In this document: positions 1 through 20,900 of the stretch, one piece after another
Position numbering within the stretch: the first letter of the stretch is position 1
Layout of the letters: each line of letters opens with the position of its first letter
NCBI RefSeq assembly: GCF_963506605.1
Contig: NC_083277.1
Location: 94,116,001 to 94,180,000, forward strand
Direction of reading: 5' to 3'
Length of the DNA: 64,000 nucleotides
Source: Zootoca vivipara
Taxonomy: Eukaryota
Program-made: the position numbers and the translations under genes
Notes under the pieces: model-generated
Told to the model about the DNA's origin: nothing
Seen by the model: the letters and a program-made list of their open reading frames with translations, nothing else
Database searches by the model: none

Positions 1-42
1 CTACGCTGCCCGCCAATGCAAAATGTCAAGGGCACTTTATAA

Positions 43-420
43 TCTATATAAATAAAAATGTAAATATCCGTTTGTTCCCGACCAAAAATCTCTGAAAGTG
101 CTTGACCGATTGGTTTGAGATTTTGACACAATGTTCTGGGCCAATACGGGAGTGTTTGTATATACTTAGATTATATAGATGTCACACCTGTGACAGGTAA
201 AAACATGATTTTGTGTAAAAATAGCGCCATCTGTTGGACGTCAAAGCAACAGACGCTATATGCTTTTGTGTAAAAATAGCGCCATCTGTTGGACGGGAAA
301 GGAACAGACGCTATAGTCCATTCCTTACTCCCAGGATGCCACGGGGAACGCGGTGGCGTCGTTCCGACGCGAGCGAACAGAGGGAACTGGAAAACTACAG
401 ACTGCTTTAAAAAACCCACC
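43..420 (+). mobile_element. Helitron-like 5' fragment with an internal 55-bp-period tandem duplication
   Basis: Begins A|TCTATATAAATAAAAATGTAAATATCCGTTTGTT..., resembling Helitron 5' ends; CpG-rich; no CTRR/hairpin 3' end identified. Confidence 0.5.
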
Positions 421-469
421 ATTCACAGCAGGGCAATCAAAATATCTTCAGAGGTTAGGAAAACTAGAA

Positions 470-680
470 GTTTTTTGCCTGGTGCCTAAAAGATAGTGGC
501 ACAGGTACCATTGGGTGAGCCTCTGGGGAGGGTGGGGAGAGCTCCACAAGCAAGGTTCCACAGCCAAAAAGGCCCTGCCCCATGTAGCTCCAGAGGGGAG
601 GGGGCCCAGATCAAATTGCAGCTCTCACAGCGTGAAGGGAGCCTTCAGGAAGCTTACAATGGCAGTGTTGTGCTTCTTGT
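470..680 (-). mobile_element. LINE L2-like 3' fragment
   Basis: gcctggtgcctaaaagatag...aaaaaggccctg resembles the antisense of squamate L2 3' ends. Confidence 0.45.
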
Positions 681-1838
681 TCTTGGTAACTGAGGAGAAA
701 CTACATCAAGGTTTTAACACTATATTCTGCTAAATTTTGCACAGCAGGGCATTTAGTTAAGGATAGCCTATTATGGTAGCCATCAGTTTAGTCAATCTAC
801 AAGGGATTTAATCACCCTTTCAATAAGGCGTGAGGTCATCAGCTTTACTAAGGGTGGGTTAGATTCAAGATGGCTATGAAATCCTGAAGCAAAGCAGTGG
901 GTTTCAATTTAAAAAGTGCACTGCCGTACCTCAATCAGAAGTAACAATCTTTGATTGAGAAATTGCTTTGTGAGATTCTTGGTCCTATACTATTACATCT
1001 GGTCAGATCAGAAGATTTGAGCTTTGCCTCTCAGCTTTAAAAGCTATGAATGCTGATTTTGTAGAAAGGAGAGGCATATTGATTGAATCTCTATCCCAAG
1101 TAACAGTGGGATCACACATTGAAATTGGCAAAGCAATGAATTCCACCACGATGCATTTATATTCAGTGGAATAGAAGAAATAGTGATACACCTTTGATAG
1201 TTTATAATAAGCCCTCAAAGGTTTCAGGGAAATTGAAGGTACTGTGCGCATCCTCATTTCCTTGTAGGGATTTGCAATAAAATTAGATGCTGGAATATTA
1301 GGCTTACCCAAAATGGTGCTGTTGTAAGCATGGGAAGCTACAGTATTTCCTTTTTCTTATTGGTGTATCCTTCTTTGAAGGAGGGGAAGCATCTGAAGAA
1401 AGGTGATGTCTTCTGAGACATTAAAGAGAATACAAGCGATGGGCCATTTTGTGCGGGGGGAGGGGGGTTCCATTCCCAGCCCCCATGCATATCGTTGGAG
1501 CACACATAAGCGCACCCTGCCCCATTCCACCCCCATTATGCCCCTGTTCTGCCATCTTCTGGGCCCAAAATGGGAGCAATACAAATGGGGATGATATCAG
1601 AACTTCCTAATTTCTCAAAGCTTCACCTGTTATGGTTTGTGTTCAGCTCAGCGTAACGTCCGCTAAATTTCAACCCTGCATTTCAAGGATGGTCTGTAGC
1701 AGGAGAGGCTAGTCTGTTGCCTTCCAGTTGCTGTTGGACTGCAACTCCCATCATCCCTGACTCTTGGCCACACACTGGCTGGGGCTGATAGGGAGTCCAG
1801 TTGAACACCTGTGGGCACCACCTTTGCTCTGTGGGTAA

Positions 1839-1864
1839 ACACACACACACACACACAAACACAC
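1839..1864. repeat. (AC)n microsatellite
   Basis: Direct reading. Confidence 0.9.
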
Positions 1865-1934
1865 TATATGATGGTTAATATATTTATTTGTGGCTGTACT
1901 TTTCTCAAACAGGTAACATGTTGTTGTTTCTTAG

Positions 1935-10434
<8,500 letters not shown>

Positions 10435-11349
10435 CAGGACAGCTGCTATATTTCTCACCAAAGGACTAGTTACTGGGTTTCTTTTTTAAAAGCAACAACC
10501 CAGAAGCAATACCTGAATGTACTGTACTTTTCAAAACAGCATTTTTAATTTTTTTGCGATACGGAATCAAAATGTTTCATATGCCTATGAGAACCAGAAA
10601 ATTTTAATTTTATATTTTTAAAAATATTTTCTACATACAGAAGTATTATTATTTTTACCTGACAAACATCTTACTGGAAATGGATGTGAGTGTGTGTGTA
10701 TGCATAGCACTTAACTGTATTCTTTTTATCTTATATAGTCAATTACAGCTAGCGATACAAAAGCACTGGCATTATTCGTCGGTTCATTTTCTGTTAAGTA
10801 AAATGAATCAATGAAATGTGGAGCTATGGTGCTGTTTCCAGGATTAAGTTGATTTAATAATTAAAAAAAAACCACCTGTAGCCCACTTTTCAACAAAGTA
10901 CCCCCAGCAGCAGCATTTTAAAAATCAGGCAAAATGTGTGGGACCCCCCCACCCCCCAGGATAAATACAGTATACATGAGGAAATCCTCGAAACACTGCC
11001 AATATATTTTAAAAGCCCACATTTCCCATTCAGCCTGGAGCACTGCACACACAGAAGGGGACTTGTGCAGCTTTAGCTGGATGGTTCTGCTCTTCAAACA
11101 GTTGAAGCCCAGTGTGTTAAGCCCTTATTTAAAAGCTAAAATCTTGATGCCACTTCTGAAGCAGGACTGGTTACTGGTTGGCTGGGCCAAAAGCTGTACT
11201 TCCAGACGCAGGACTACCAGAAATTTCTGGACTTATTCCGAGGCCTGCTTCTTATAAAGTACAGTAGTACATGTAGTAGTAAGATCGAAAACTTACCATG
11301 GCATGTAGAACAGGAGCGAAGTCCCTCTAAAAAAAAAAAACCTCCAAGG

Positions 11350-11676
11350 CATGGGTAGGCAAACTGGGGCCCGGGGGCTGGATCTGGCCCAATCGTCTTC
11401 TCAATCCGGCCCGTGGACGGTCCGGGAATCAGCGTGCTTTTACATGAGTAGAATGTGTCCTTTTATTTAAAATGCATCTCTGGGTTATTTGTGGGACCTG
11501 CCTGGTGTTTTTTCATGAGTAGAATGTGTGGTTTTATTTCAAATGCATCTCTGGATTATTTGTGGGGCAGAGGAATGCATTCATTTTTATTTTATTTTTC
11601 AAAATATAGTCTGGCCCCCCACAAGGTCTGAGGGACAGCGGACCGGCCCCCTGCTGAAATTGTTTGCTGACCCCTG
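11350..11676. mobile_element. hAT-type MITE with internal ~70-bp tandem duplication
   Basis: CATGGGTAGGCAAAC ... GTTTGCTGACCCCTG termini; duplicated catgagtagaatgtgt...atgcatctctgg. Confidence 0.8.
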
Positions 11677-12602
11677 CTAAGGCAAAATGTTCATTCAGAA
11701 TTTTAACTTTCAGCCAGGACAGCTAATTTCTCATTACATAGAAAGCTTACAACGAGCATCCTTTTGAGAAAAAATATATATTTAAAAACAAACCAAAATC
11801 TCCCATTTTAAAAGCAACAAACTTTTATTAATTGTAAAAAGGGCACAACATATAGGAAATAAGAAACTCAAACCTAAATCATTTGGTTAATTCTTCATTT
11901 TTAACCATGGTTTTTTTCAGTGTAGTAATAAAGTTCTGAATCTTTTATTTCCACTGATGTCATAAAGTACCACACAGTTATTATTAGGTTAATAATTTGG
12001 TTAGCAACACTAATAAAATCCTCTGTTATAAATTGCATAAGTTATACAATATAAAAATATTCCTCTGAGTGCATAGAAAGATGCCAGCAACTGTGCAGTA
12101 TAATCAACAGACTTGTAATATGTTAATTAATACTATGGCTAATTAATAGAGCATGCCAATTTGTTTACCCACATACTGGATACCCGTGGATGCCAGTGGA
12201 TATCTGCTTCTCAATGAGAAGCCCAAAAGCATTGCAGCCATGATCCAGCAGTCTGGGGCACACCCACTGACTTCATATTGGATTGTGGCCTTCCTCTTCT
12301 AAGAACCTTGCACATTTCCCTTCAAGCACTTCCAGAGAAGCTGACTGTGTGTGTTGATTTTAGGCACACACTTAAAATCAAAAGGGGATAGGGAGAACTG
12401 CCACCTTAAATACGTTGTGCAAATCCTGACCTGGCACCTGTCAGAAAATGCGGATACCCTGGAACACGGTCAGTGGCGATATTTTCATTTCTCTCAATGC
12501 ATTAATTTTATGGCAAGACTGAATAAACCCTAACAAGGAGTCACAGTAATATAATATGCTGCCAATGGCTTTGTCTCCAGAACTCGGGTCAGGGGGCACC
12601 AA

Positions 12603-12692
12603 CATAGCTGCCAAGTTATCCCTTTTTTTAAGGGATTTTCCATTATGCTGAATAGGCTTCCTCGCGAGAAAAGGGAAAACTTGGCAGCTATG
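12603..12692. mobile_element. 90-bp hAT MITE with perfect 8-bp TSD, nested in an older hAT-like element (~12590-13143)
   Basis: GGCACCAA|CATAGCTGCCAAGTTATCCCTTTT ... AAAAGGGAAAACTTGGCAGCTATG|GGCACCAA. Confidence 0.92.
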
Positions 12693-15600
12693 GGCACCAA
12701 CCTTTTTGGACCAGTGGGCACATTTGGAATTTTTAGAAAGTGACATGGGTACTAGTCGCAACATGATCACCGTGAGAGTGTGGCATAACATCAAGTAGCT
12801 GTTGCATCAAAAAGAGCATAAGAAGTTTGGACCACAAAATGTTGCTGCTCCATCTCCCCCATCAGTGGCTCCTCTATCAGCCACCTCACTCACAGAATGA
12901 GCCACTCCTCTGTTCAGAATCGAAGAGACGGGAGTGTCCAATCTGGGAACTGGGTGAAATGTGGGCATGCTTAAGGGGGCGGGGTTTAAATATAGGACAG
13001 GCTGATTCGGTGCGAATAGGAACTGAGCAGGAAGAGCAGAGTCTTCCATGTTTTGAGGGAATATTTACTGAGAACTTTTGGGGACCCTTAGGAGGTGTTG
13101 GCGGGTACAGTGGGGCCCACTAGTGCCACATTGGCAGCCTCTGACTTAGGCTGTACCACAAAAACGATGTGCTGCCACAGTGCTCCATTGAAAGTAAGCA
13201 TTTTCTAAACCCTGTGCTAATGTTTTAAGGCCTACAGGAGTTCAAAATTCACATTCCAGGTGGCATTGGACATGTCAGTGCATTAAGTCCTGGATCAGGC
13301 AGAGGGATATCTTGGCTCTCTACAATTAGGCAATGAAACGACTCAGGACAACTAAAAGCTTGCTTGCACTATAAAGTTCCAGTGAGTCTTATGCTGGGAA
13401 TTGTTACCTTGAGACGGCACTGTGCGAGCATGTTAGACCCGTGCTAACTATCCTGGATTGTCACAAAACACTTTTGTTTCCTCTGTGGAGCTGTGACCCG
13501 TGGTCACCAGGGATAATGAGCCTAAAGAACCGAGTCTGGGTTTCTTGGCTCTTGCAAGGAACTGATGACTCAATTTGGCCACTGTTTAAAGGGATAAAGT
13601 ACGGTAGTTCAGGGGGTTGTCCTCAGCATACAGTAGCTTAAATTGGTTAGCTATTAAACAGTTAAATGCTTTAGTCAAATAACTGCTTTACCTGTCAGTT
13701 ATAAATGCACTGAAATATTATGGTATCTACCCAGGCATTTAGTGACAGCAATAGTTTTGCTTGGAATAATTCAGGCAAACTATGTATTGTTTAGGCCTGG
13801 GACCCTTGGAAATCTCATACCACAAACTTCCCCCAGGCCCCACACTTCTCTGGATCCTATAATGTATCCTTGAACTGTGCTTCTACATTCATTGAACCAC
13901 CCACTTTTGCCCCTGGCTCCTCCCACCACTGGTATGTGGCTCCCACAGAAGGGATTGTGGCCCCCAGGCTGAAAAAAGCTGTTTTCCATTTGTGCAACCA
14001 CTGGGTACAACCCATTAATCACAGTGAAGCTTTTAAGCCCTAGCTTAACTAGGACATGTGACCAGTGTGGGCCACTGAAGCTGAATAACATTAAATTCCT
14101 TTGTAAAAGATGTGAGTTGAGATGAAAAACATAGTGTTTGAGTAGTAAGCTACGGTTGAGTTATCATCTTGGGAACTACAGGACTGAGGAAGGGGCTTAA
14201 TATGTTGTTAGATGCTCCACTCACACAGTTTGCCTCTGGCAAATAATGCAAAGCAATAGCGACCCCCTTAGTGGCACCATTCTTTGCATCCCGTTGTGAT
14301 AAATAGGTCTCTTGGAAAAGCAAAATAAAATCCAGGTTTCTGGAATTTGCAAGTGCACAGAACAGCACTTCTTTCCAGCCTGGCTCAATTTAAAGCATCT
14401 AAAAAGAGCATGAAGGTCCATCACACCACTGGTCATCTGAAGGTAGCACATCTACTCAAAGTTACACAAAGTAGGTGTGGCTAAGCCCTCCTCAACCCTA
14501 GTCTATTTCCTGCCGACATTTGAAGCTGTAGTCTTTCCTAGCTTCACCTCCATGACTTTCCATGCCTTTACTAACCTTCATCTTCCATTGTTTCCTCTGA
14601 TTCCCCCTCAAAAAATCCAATTTTCTGTCCTTTGATTCTTCTGTCTCCAGTTTTCCTCCTGCTTCCCTCTATTTTCCAGTAGATTTTGCTTTGCTTTTCC
14701 CTTTTCCCCCTCCAGTCGCTGCCATCTATTCGCCTGGCTATTGCCAATTGCCCTTTCCAGCCACAGCTTTCTGGCCTCAGCTACTTGTCCTTCCTGACCA
14801 GTCGTTCATTCTCCCTGGCCACAGCCACTTGCTCTCCTTGGCCACAGCTGCTTGTTCTCCCAACCCTGCTGTTCATTTTTTTGTGGTCCCCAGCTGCCAA
14901 GGTCTGCCTTTCCCAGCTGCTGCATTCTGTCTCTCCTCCGTGCCAAAGTTCACCTCCTCAGGTCCTTTGGTTTGTGCCATTTCTTCAGCCCTGTCCACCT
15001 AAACATCCTCCTCCATTGGTTCTCATCCTTTTCTACAGTGTTTTCTGAAGGGACCTGCTCTGTCAGATCCTTTTGCAGTCCACTGCTTTCCCTCAAGCCC
15101 CCAAAAGGTTTTGCAAGCTCCTCAGTCTCTTCCCTTTGTGCCTCTTAAGACTGTATCCCTATGGTTTCTCTCATCCAAGGTCCTTTTCTTTGTGGTCATC
15201 ACTACAGCCTGGGGCTCTGAGCTGGGGGCCTTATCCATCACTCATCACCTTTGCATTTTTCAGAAGGACAAAGCAATTATTCGACTGGAACCCGTTTTCA
15301 TCTTTTACATGGAGAAGGGAACATTGGTTCCTTACCTGAAGGACCCTTCTCTGAGATGAAGTTCCATCACAGCCTCCTCTCCCTATCTATATCCTTCTGA
15401 GTGGCTACCTAATCCATGGAAGGGTTTCTCTGTGTTTGCTTCAATTATCTTGCTTGCATTCTTCCAATATGTTCCTCCAATATTTTCTGTTAAGACCATT
15501 TATATGCACTCTCCTGTTATTTTCTTGAAGAAGCAGTTTGTAGCCGCTTGTCCTCTGTGCATTTGTCTTCTCTATGTTGTTTGCCCTTCTTTGCTCTCAT

Positions 15601-17795
15601 TGTGCGTTGGACTGAGCTTGAGGAGGACTATGGCACACCTACTTCTTGCAACTCTGAGTGCCCTTCTGGCGTTTGGGTAACCGGTGGCGCTACAATCCAT
15701 GTGATGGACCTTCATTCCAGAGAAATGACCTATCCCTCTGGAGCACATCTGGTGGAGGCGAGTGGGAAAAGTCCTGTTGAGCAAGTGGAAGTTGCTGAAT
15801 ACCACCCATTCCAAATGCATTACTGTGGACACAAATTTCCCTTCAAAGCTGCTTGTAATTCTGTAATATCAGTCAGGGCCATTGCTTAGAAAGCCATGGC
15901 TCAAAGCTAGGGTTACAGAGCACATGGGTGTTTGCCCTAAACTGAAACTTAGGAGCCTGACATGGGGGCACTGAGATCAGCAGCTGAATATTTTCCTGTT
16001 AATTAATTCATCTAGCTGGCTAGTCCAACCAACTTGAAGCACATACTCATTGTGCTGTAGTTAGTACAGTAATTGAGATCCCTTCACTAGTACACATAAT
16101 CCTAAAACTAGGTATATTATAGTTTATTTTAAAATGTTATGTTCCATGCTTTCCCAGACTCTTTAATTCTAGGCCTTGACAGCAGACTATTTATACAGAA
16201 AGTGAACTAGCAAGAAGATGAAAAGCTGAGCATGCCTATATGAGATGCAAGCAAGTCTGTCAGAAATGCATAGAAACGCCAAGATTTTCTTACTAATTTA
16301 TCTTGGTATTAAAAATAATTTTTGCTATTTAAAATGCTACAAGATTCCTTTAAATAGTTAATAGTTTCAAGATCACAGGATAATTAGGATAAGAGGCTAA
16401 AGGGGATTGTGCTTGTTTCATGTGTGGCATCAGGCTCTGGAGTCAAGTTGCATTCTTAATCATCCTTCTGGAAGCCTCTCACTCCTAAAAACCAACATTA
16501 ATTTTTTTTAATCCCCAATCATCAACATATATTACCAGCCATTCTGTATTGTTTACTGGCAAGCAAGAATAATAAGTTAGAAACACACCATAACGGTTTT
16601 GGTCAACATATTTACAGCTTGGGTTAACACAGTAAATAGGTTCAAATATTTGACCTGAGCACCATCTTGAAGAAATCACAGCTGATTTAGCCACCTGGTG
16701 ACGGTTTTAACTCAGCCAAATAAAGTGTCAGAAGTCCTAAGCCTTCCTCCCCAAAGGAATGGGCATCTGGACCTGACTGGTCCAGTCTCCCAGGCCACAG
16801 CATACCGCTGGGGGGTGGAGAGTCTTTCCCTGCTTGTCAGTTCCAAACTGTACAGACCTCTCCCCTTGTGGAAGCTTACAGGTGGCTTGTCCTATTAGTA
16901 GCAGTGAGGCTAGAGGGACCATCTCGGGCTACCGTTCTGCCTCTAACAACACTGACATTCTTCGTAACATGCATAAGTGGTGAGATATATCCCACTTACA
17001 TTTTGCAACATGCCATTCTCCAAAGGATGCTGTATTCGCATTGGTTTGAAACACTTCGCCAGAGTGACTAACCTGTGACCCTCCAGAGACTCTTGGACTC
17101 CAAATCCCATCAGTCCAAGCTAGATAAGTCAATAGGCAGGGACGATGGGAATTGAAGTCAAACAACAAGTGGAGAGCCACAAGACGGCCACTCCTGCACC
17201 AGGCCAGTGTGTAACTACTGTTTGAGAGCCCTGGTTTCTCCTTCCTCTTACCCTTTCTCCTGCAAAAGTAGCTTATTCTCAAGTTAACACATTTTAACAC
17301 TGGTTATACTAGGAGTCTCTGCATGCTAAGTATCCAATTACAAGTGTTAAATGTGTTCCGGGTTCTCTCCTTCAATGTAAGTGCTCCTGCTCTTTTTAAT
17401 AAGTAGCAATTATTAGAGCAATTTAATTTAAGTCTTTCCCTGAGAGCTTCTAACTCTGCAGTGTTCAGAGATGTAATGATTTCCTAGCAAGAAACACTGC
17501 TGCATGGAGAGAGAGGCAATAATCTGTTGCTGCTTAGTATCCTATCCAAAAACATTACTTAACTGCCAGTTTACTCAAAAATAAACTGCAGATACTCTTA
17601 AGTGGATATTCTAATCCTAAAGACACTTAAGTAGGAACAAGCCCAAATGTTTTCAGCAGAACTTGCTTCCAAGTAAGTGTGCTTTATAGGTTAACTCTGT
17701 CTTCCAAGGTAAAGTAGTAGAATCTGAGGTTATAGCCCTTGCAAAATCCTAGGTTTAACTGTTAAATACTAATGACAGGTTTTTCATTTGAATAG

Positions 17796-17942
17796 CTAGT
17801 AAGTCAGCTTTGATGCTTTCTTATTGTAACAAGGCCTTTCAGTTAACGTTGGTGCAGCATTTCTAAACAGAAAGTCATTATCACTCATCGTCAAAACCAG
17901 CTCCAGTTCTTGGAAATCCTGAAGCCTTGATACATCTTTGTC
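17796..17942 (-). CDS. ANKRD40: ANKRD40 terminal coding exon (DKDVSRLQDFQELELVL...ASKLTY*)
   Basis: cag|GAC AAA ... TAC TAG, 147 bp. Confidence 0.95.
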   Translation of the reverse strand, partial: DKDVSRLQDFQELELVLTMSDNDFLFRNAAPTLTERPCYNKKASKLTY

Positions 17943-20900
17943 CTGAAAGAAATAAACACAATAAATGAAAAACGATGTCCGTACTAATAGGAGGCATGCT
18001 AGTCCAAATGATGCAACGATTTCGGCTCACCTTTGTGTTGTGCTACATCTTGCACATTTAATTCTGATGTTCCAACTGACTGCAGGAAAGAGAAACTGGA
18101 CAATAGGATCCACGCCATTGTCTGGGCTGAGAGACCAGTTGCCCTTTTGGTTCCTCTCCTCCCTGAACTGTTTTCATTCAAGCTGACCATTATTAAGAAC
18201 TTCATTAACTTTAAGAAATGGTGTTTGAGTTCGCATGCTCTGCCCTTCCCATCCCCATTTCCTTTCGTGCTGTGTCTTTTAGACTGTAAGCCTACCAACA
18301 GAGAACGTCTTCCTTTTAATCTGTACACAGCACTTAGTAGATTTTAACAGATGAATTCAACATAGCACTAAGCAGGTTGTTTCATCAGGCAAACAGATAT
18401 ACTTGTGCTGACAGAGAAATCTGCCCTCTCCTCTGCTGACGTGCTGTTTCAGGTGTTCTGCCAACATCCCCAGCCTATTTGTGGGGTTATGGGGAGTGCA
18501 GATGGTGGGAAAGCCTTGTTGTACTAGAAGTACTTGTAGGGGTTCTGGTGGTAGGACTCGTTAGCTGTGTTTTATAAGTGATTACTGTTGATGATAGATC
18601 CAGAGCAATTTAGTTGCAGTTGTCCCATTGAAACCAGTGTGAAAAATTAGTCATGGCTGCTACTGAAATCAGCGAGAGATCCAAACGGTTTGGATCCAAC
18701 CCAATGTTTTATTCTTGGACCTATGATCTGATTCTCCATGTGTTCTTGCTATCCTATGCTTTGTGAGGGTCTTTACATGGAGATTGCTAACAGATTGAGA
18801 AATTTCTTATGCTATAGCTTTTGAGGATCAGCTCAAAGTTGTTGAGCTTACATTGCAAAGGGGAAAAAATCCTGGTTTTATGGGGTTCAACTCACAGTTC
18901 TAGGAAAGGGACCCATTTCTACAGTTTCCTGGCAAATAATCTAATCAGCCAGTCACATGTCGCTGGGGAAACAAGCAGCCTCTCTCTGCAGACAACAATT
19001 GAGGCCTGGGCAAGGGGCCTGGGCAGGTCGGGAAGGGAGCTAGTTCCCGTATCTCCCTCCCCGATCTCTTGCAATCAGCTGCTGAGCGTGCCCTTTCAAC
19101 ACTCTTTCCCTCTTGTTAGCCTTTAGATCTTTCTTATAAAAGGAAAAGCACAATCTGCCTTTCGCCCCTGCCTTTCAATTTGGCTCCAGGGACCACGCAT
19201 TCGCTCCATAAGTGCTATATCCCTGCCACAGTGTGAATATTATTATTATTATTTTATATTATTCTATGTACACCACTCACTTTTTTTTAATTGAACCTCT
19301 CAAAAAGTTTTCTAAACAGATAAATGAAAAGTTCTCTGTAGAGACCTGGAATGAATTTTGATTAATAAAAAAAAGTCCAAGCTAAAATGCCTATTCTGGG
19401 AATGTTGCTTGCTGGCAAAGTACTTTGAACCCAGCAAAAGCTAAGGGTTATCAATATGAATGCAGTTCCCCTCCTGTTGGGACTGCATATATGTTGCCCT
19501 ATCAGGAAATCAGTGAGAATGCCAATCAGATGTTCCAGAGGAGGCAGAGGGAGCTAGAATTGATTGATTTGAGCAGGGCTACATCTGTATAACTGGATTG
19601 GGAGCCAGAGCCTTTAAGAGGATTTGTGCTCCAATTCAGTTCAGCTTGGCTAGAGCAACTGAGAGCACAGGTTTTTGAAACATCTATATCAACAAAATTA
19701 AGTCCATCATGCCAGGGTACAAAAATGAAGCAGACAGTTCCATATTGTAAAATGGGGGGAAAGCCAGTGCTTCCTATTTGATCACCTAGCACTAAAGTGG
19801 ATCACAGCCGGATTAAATTGACCAACGGGCCATATTAGGCCCCCAAAACGGACTTTGGACATGCCTGGGTTATGGTGACTAGTGAATAGTGCAGGAATAT
19901 CTTGATCTTGTATTACTTGCACAGGAAAAGTCCACTCATTCTATCATGATGAGGAGGGCAAGCAGAGATTCTAATTCTAAGAGGGCTTTTACTTTTTAAG
20001 CATCTCTTTTCAGAAGGTATTCTTTATTTAAAACATAAGGTTTAAAACTACAGATATGAGACATTCACAAAGGATTGGATGCTTATGAAGGCTGCTGTGC
20101 AACATGTGTACTGCAGGATAGTCCCACTGACTTCAAGAAATGTTGGTATAAGAACTGCAGTATCCGTAAATGCAGGTTGGAGGAAGATGAACCTGTTATA
20201 TTTACCCTGAATTTAGTATGAAGGCTTGAATAATCATAAATTATAACACATATCTGAAGGAATGGGGCTTGGTTATTAGCTGCCAATATTTTTGAGAAAA
20301 TGAAAGCCAGCCTGGGTTATTACTCTGATAGGATAATTGGCTTTAGTAAAAGGAACCAAATGGATAAAATATCTCAATTCCAGCAGGGCTTTTGATAATG
20401 TTCCATATGCTACTCTTACAAGTAAATTGGAGAAGGGTGAATTGGAACAGGCTGCCATGAGGCAGGTCTACTTTTGGCTGGAAAGCTACACAGAAGATGT
20501 TCCAGCATGCTGTGGATTTCAGCCAGAGTAGCTATTAGTGGATTGCTATTTTTTGAATTGGGGAGCTAAATGACATTCCACAGGGATCTGCCCTGGACCA
20601 GCACTAGTGAGCATTTTTATTAACAGCTTGGAAAAAGCAATGATGAGGGCACTAAGATTTTACAATCTGAACTGCAAACACAATAGAGGGGAAATCAGCA
20701 CATTTAACTCAAAACAAATGTTTAGGTGGGGTGGGGTGGAGGAAGAGAAACCTAGGAAGAGTGAGCAAGCTGGGCATTCGGACTGCAGCAGGAGATACTA
20801 CAGCAGCAAATAGTCAGCTGGTAGGCAAGAAGATTGGTCATACGTGTGGCTACAGCAGCTCACCATTAGCTAGCATGGAGCTGATGTGCAAATACGTTAC

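Noticed and set aside
1003-1311. 102-aa minus-strand ORF, possibly an L1 ORF2 remnant (LRAYY)
   Set aside because: Similarity is too weak to call without a profile search.
15630-15680. Signal-peptide-like MAHLLLATLSALLAFG and Chibby-like ELEEDYGTP peptides
   Set aside because: Too short to be significant, and the inverted copy at 14410-14503 has stops in the equivalent frames.
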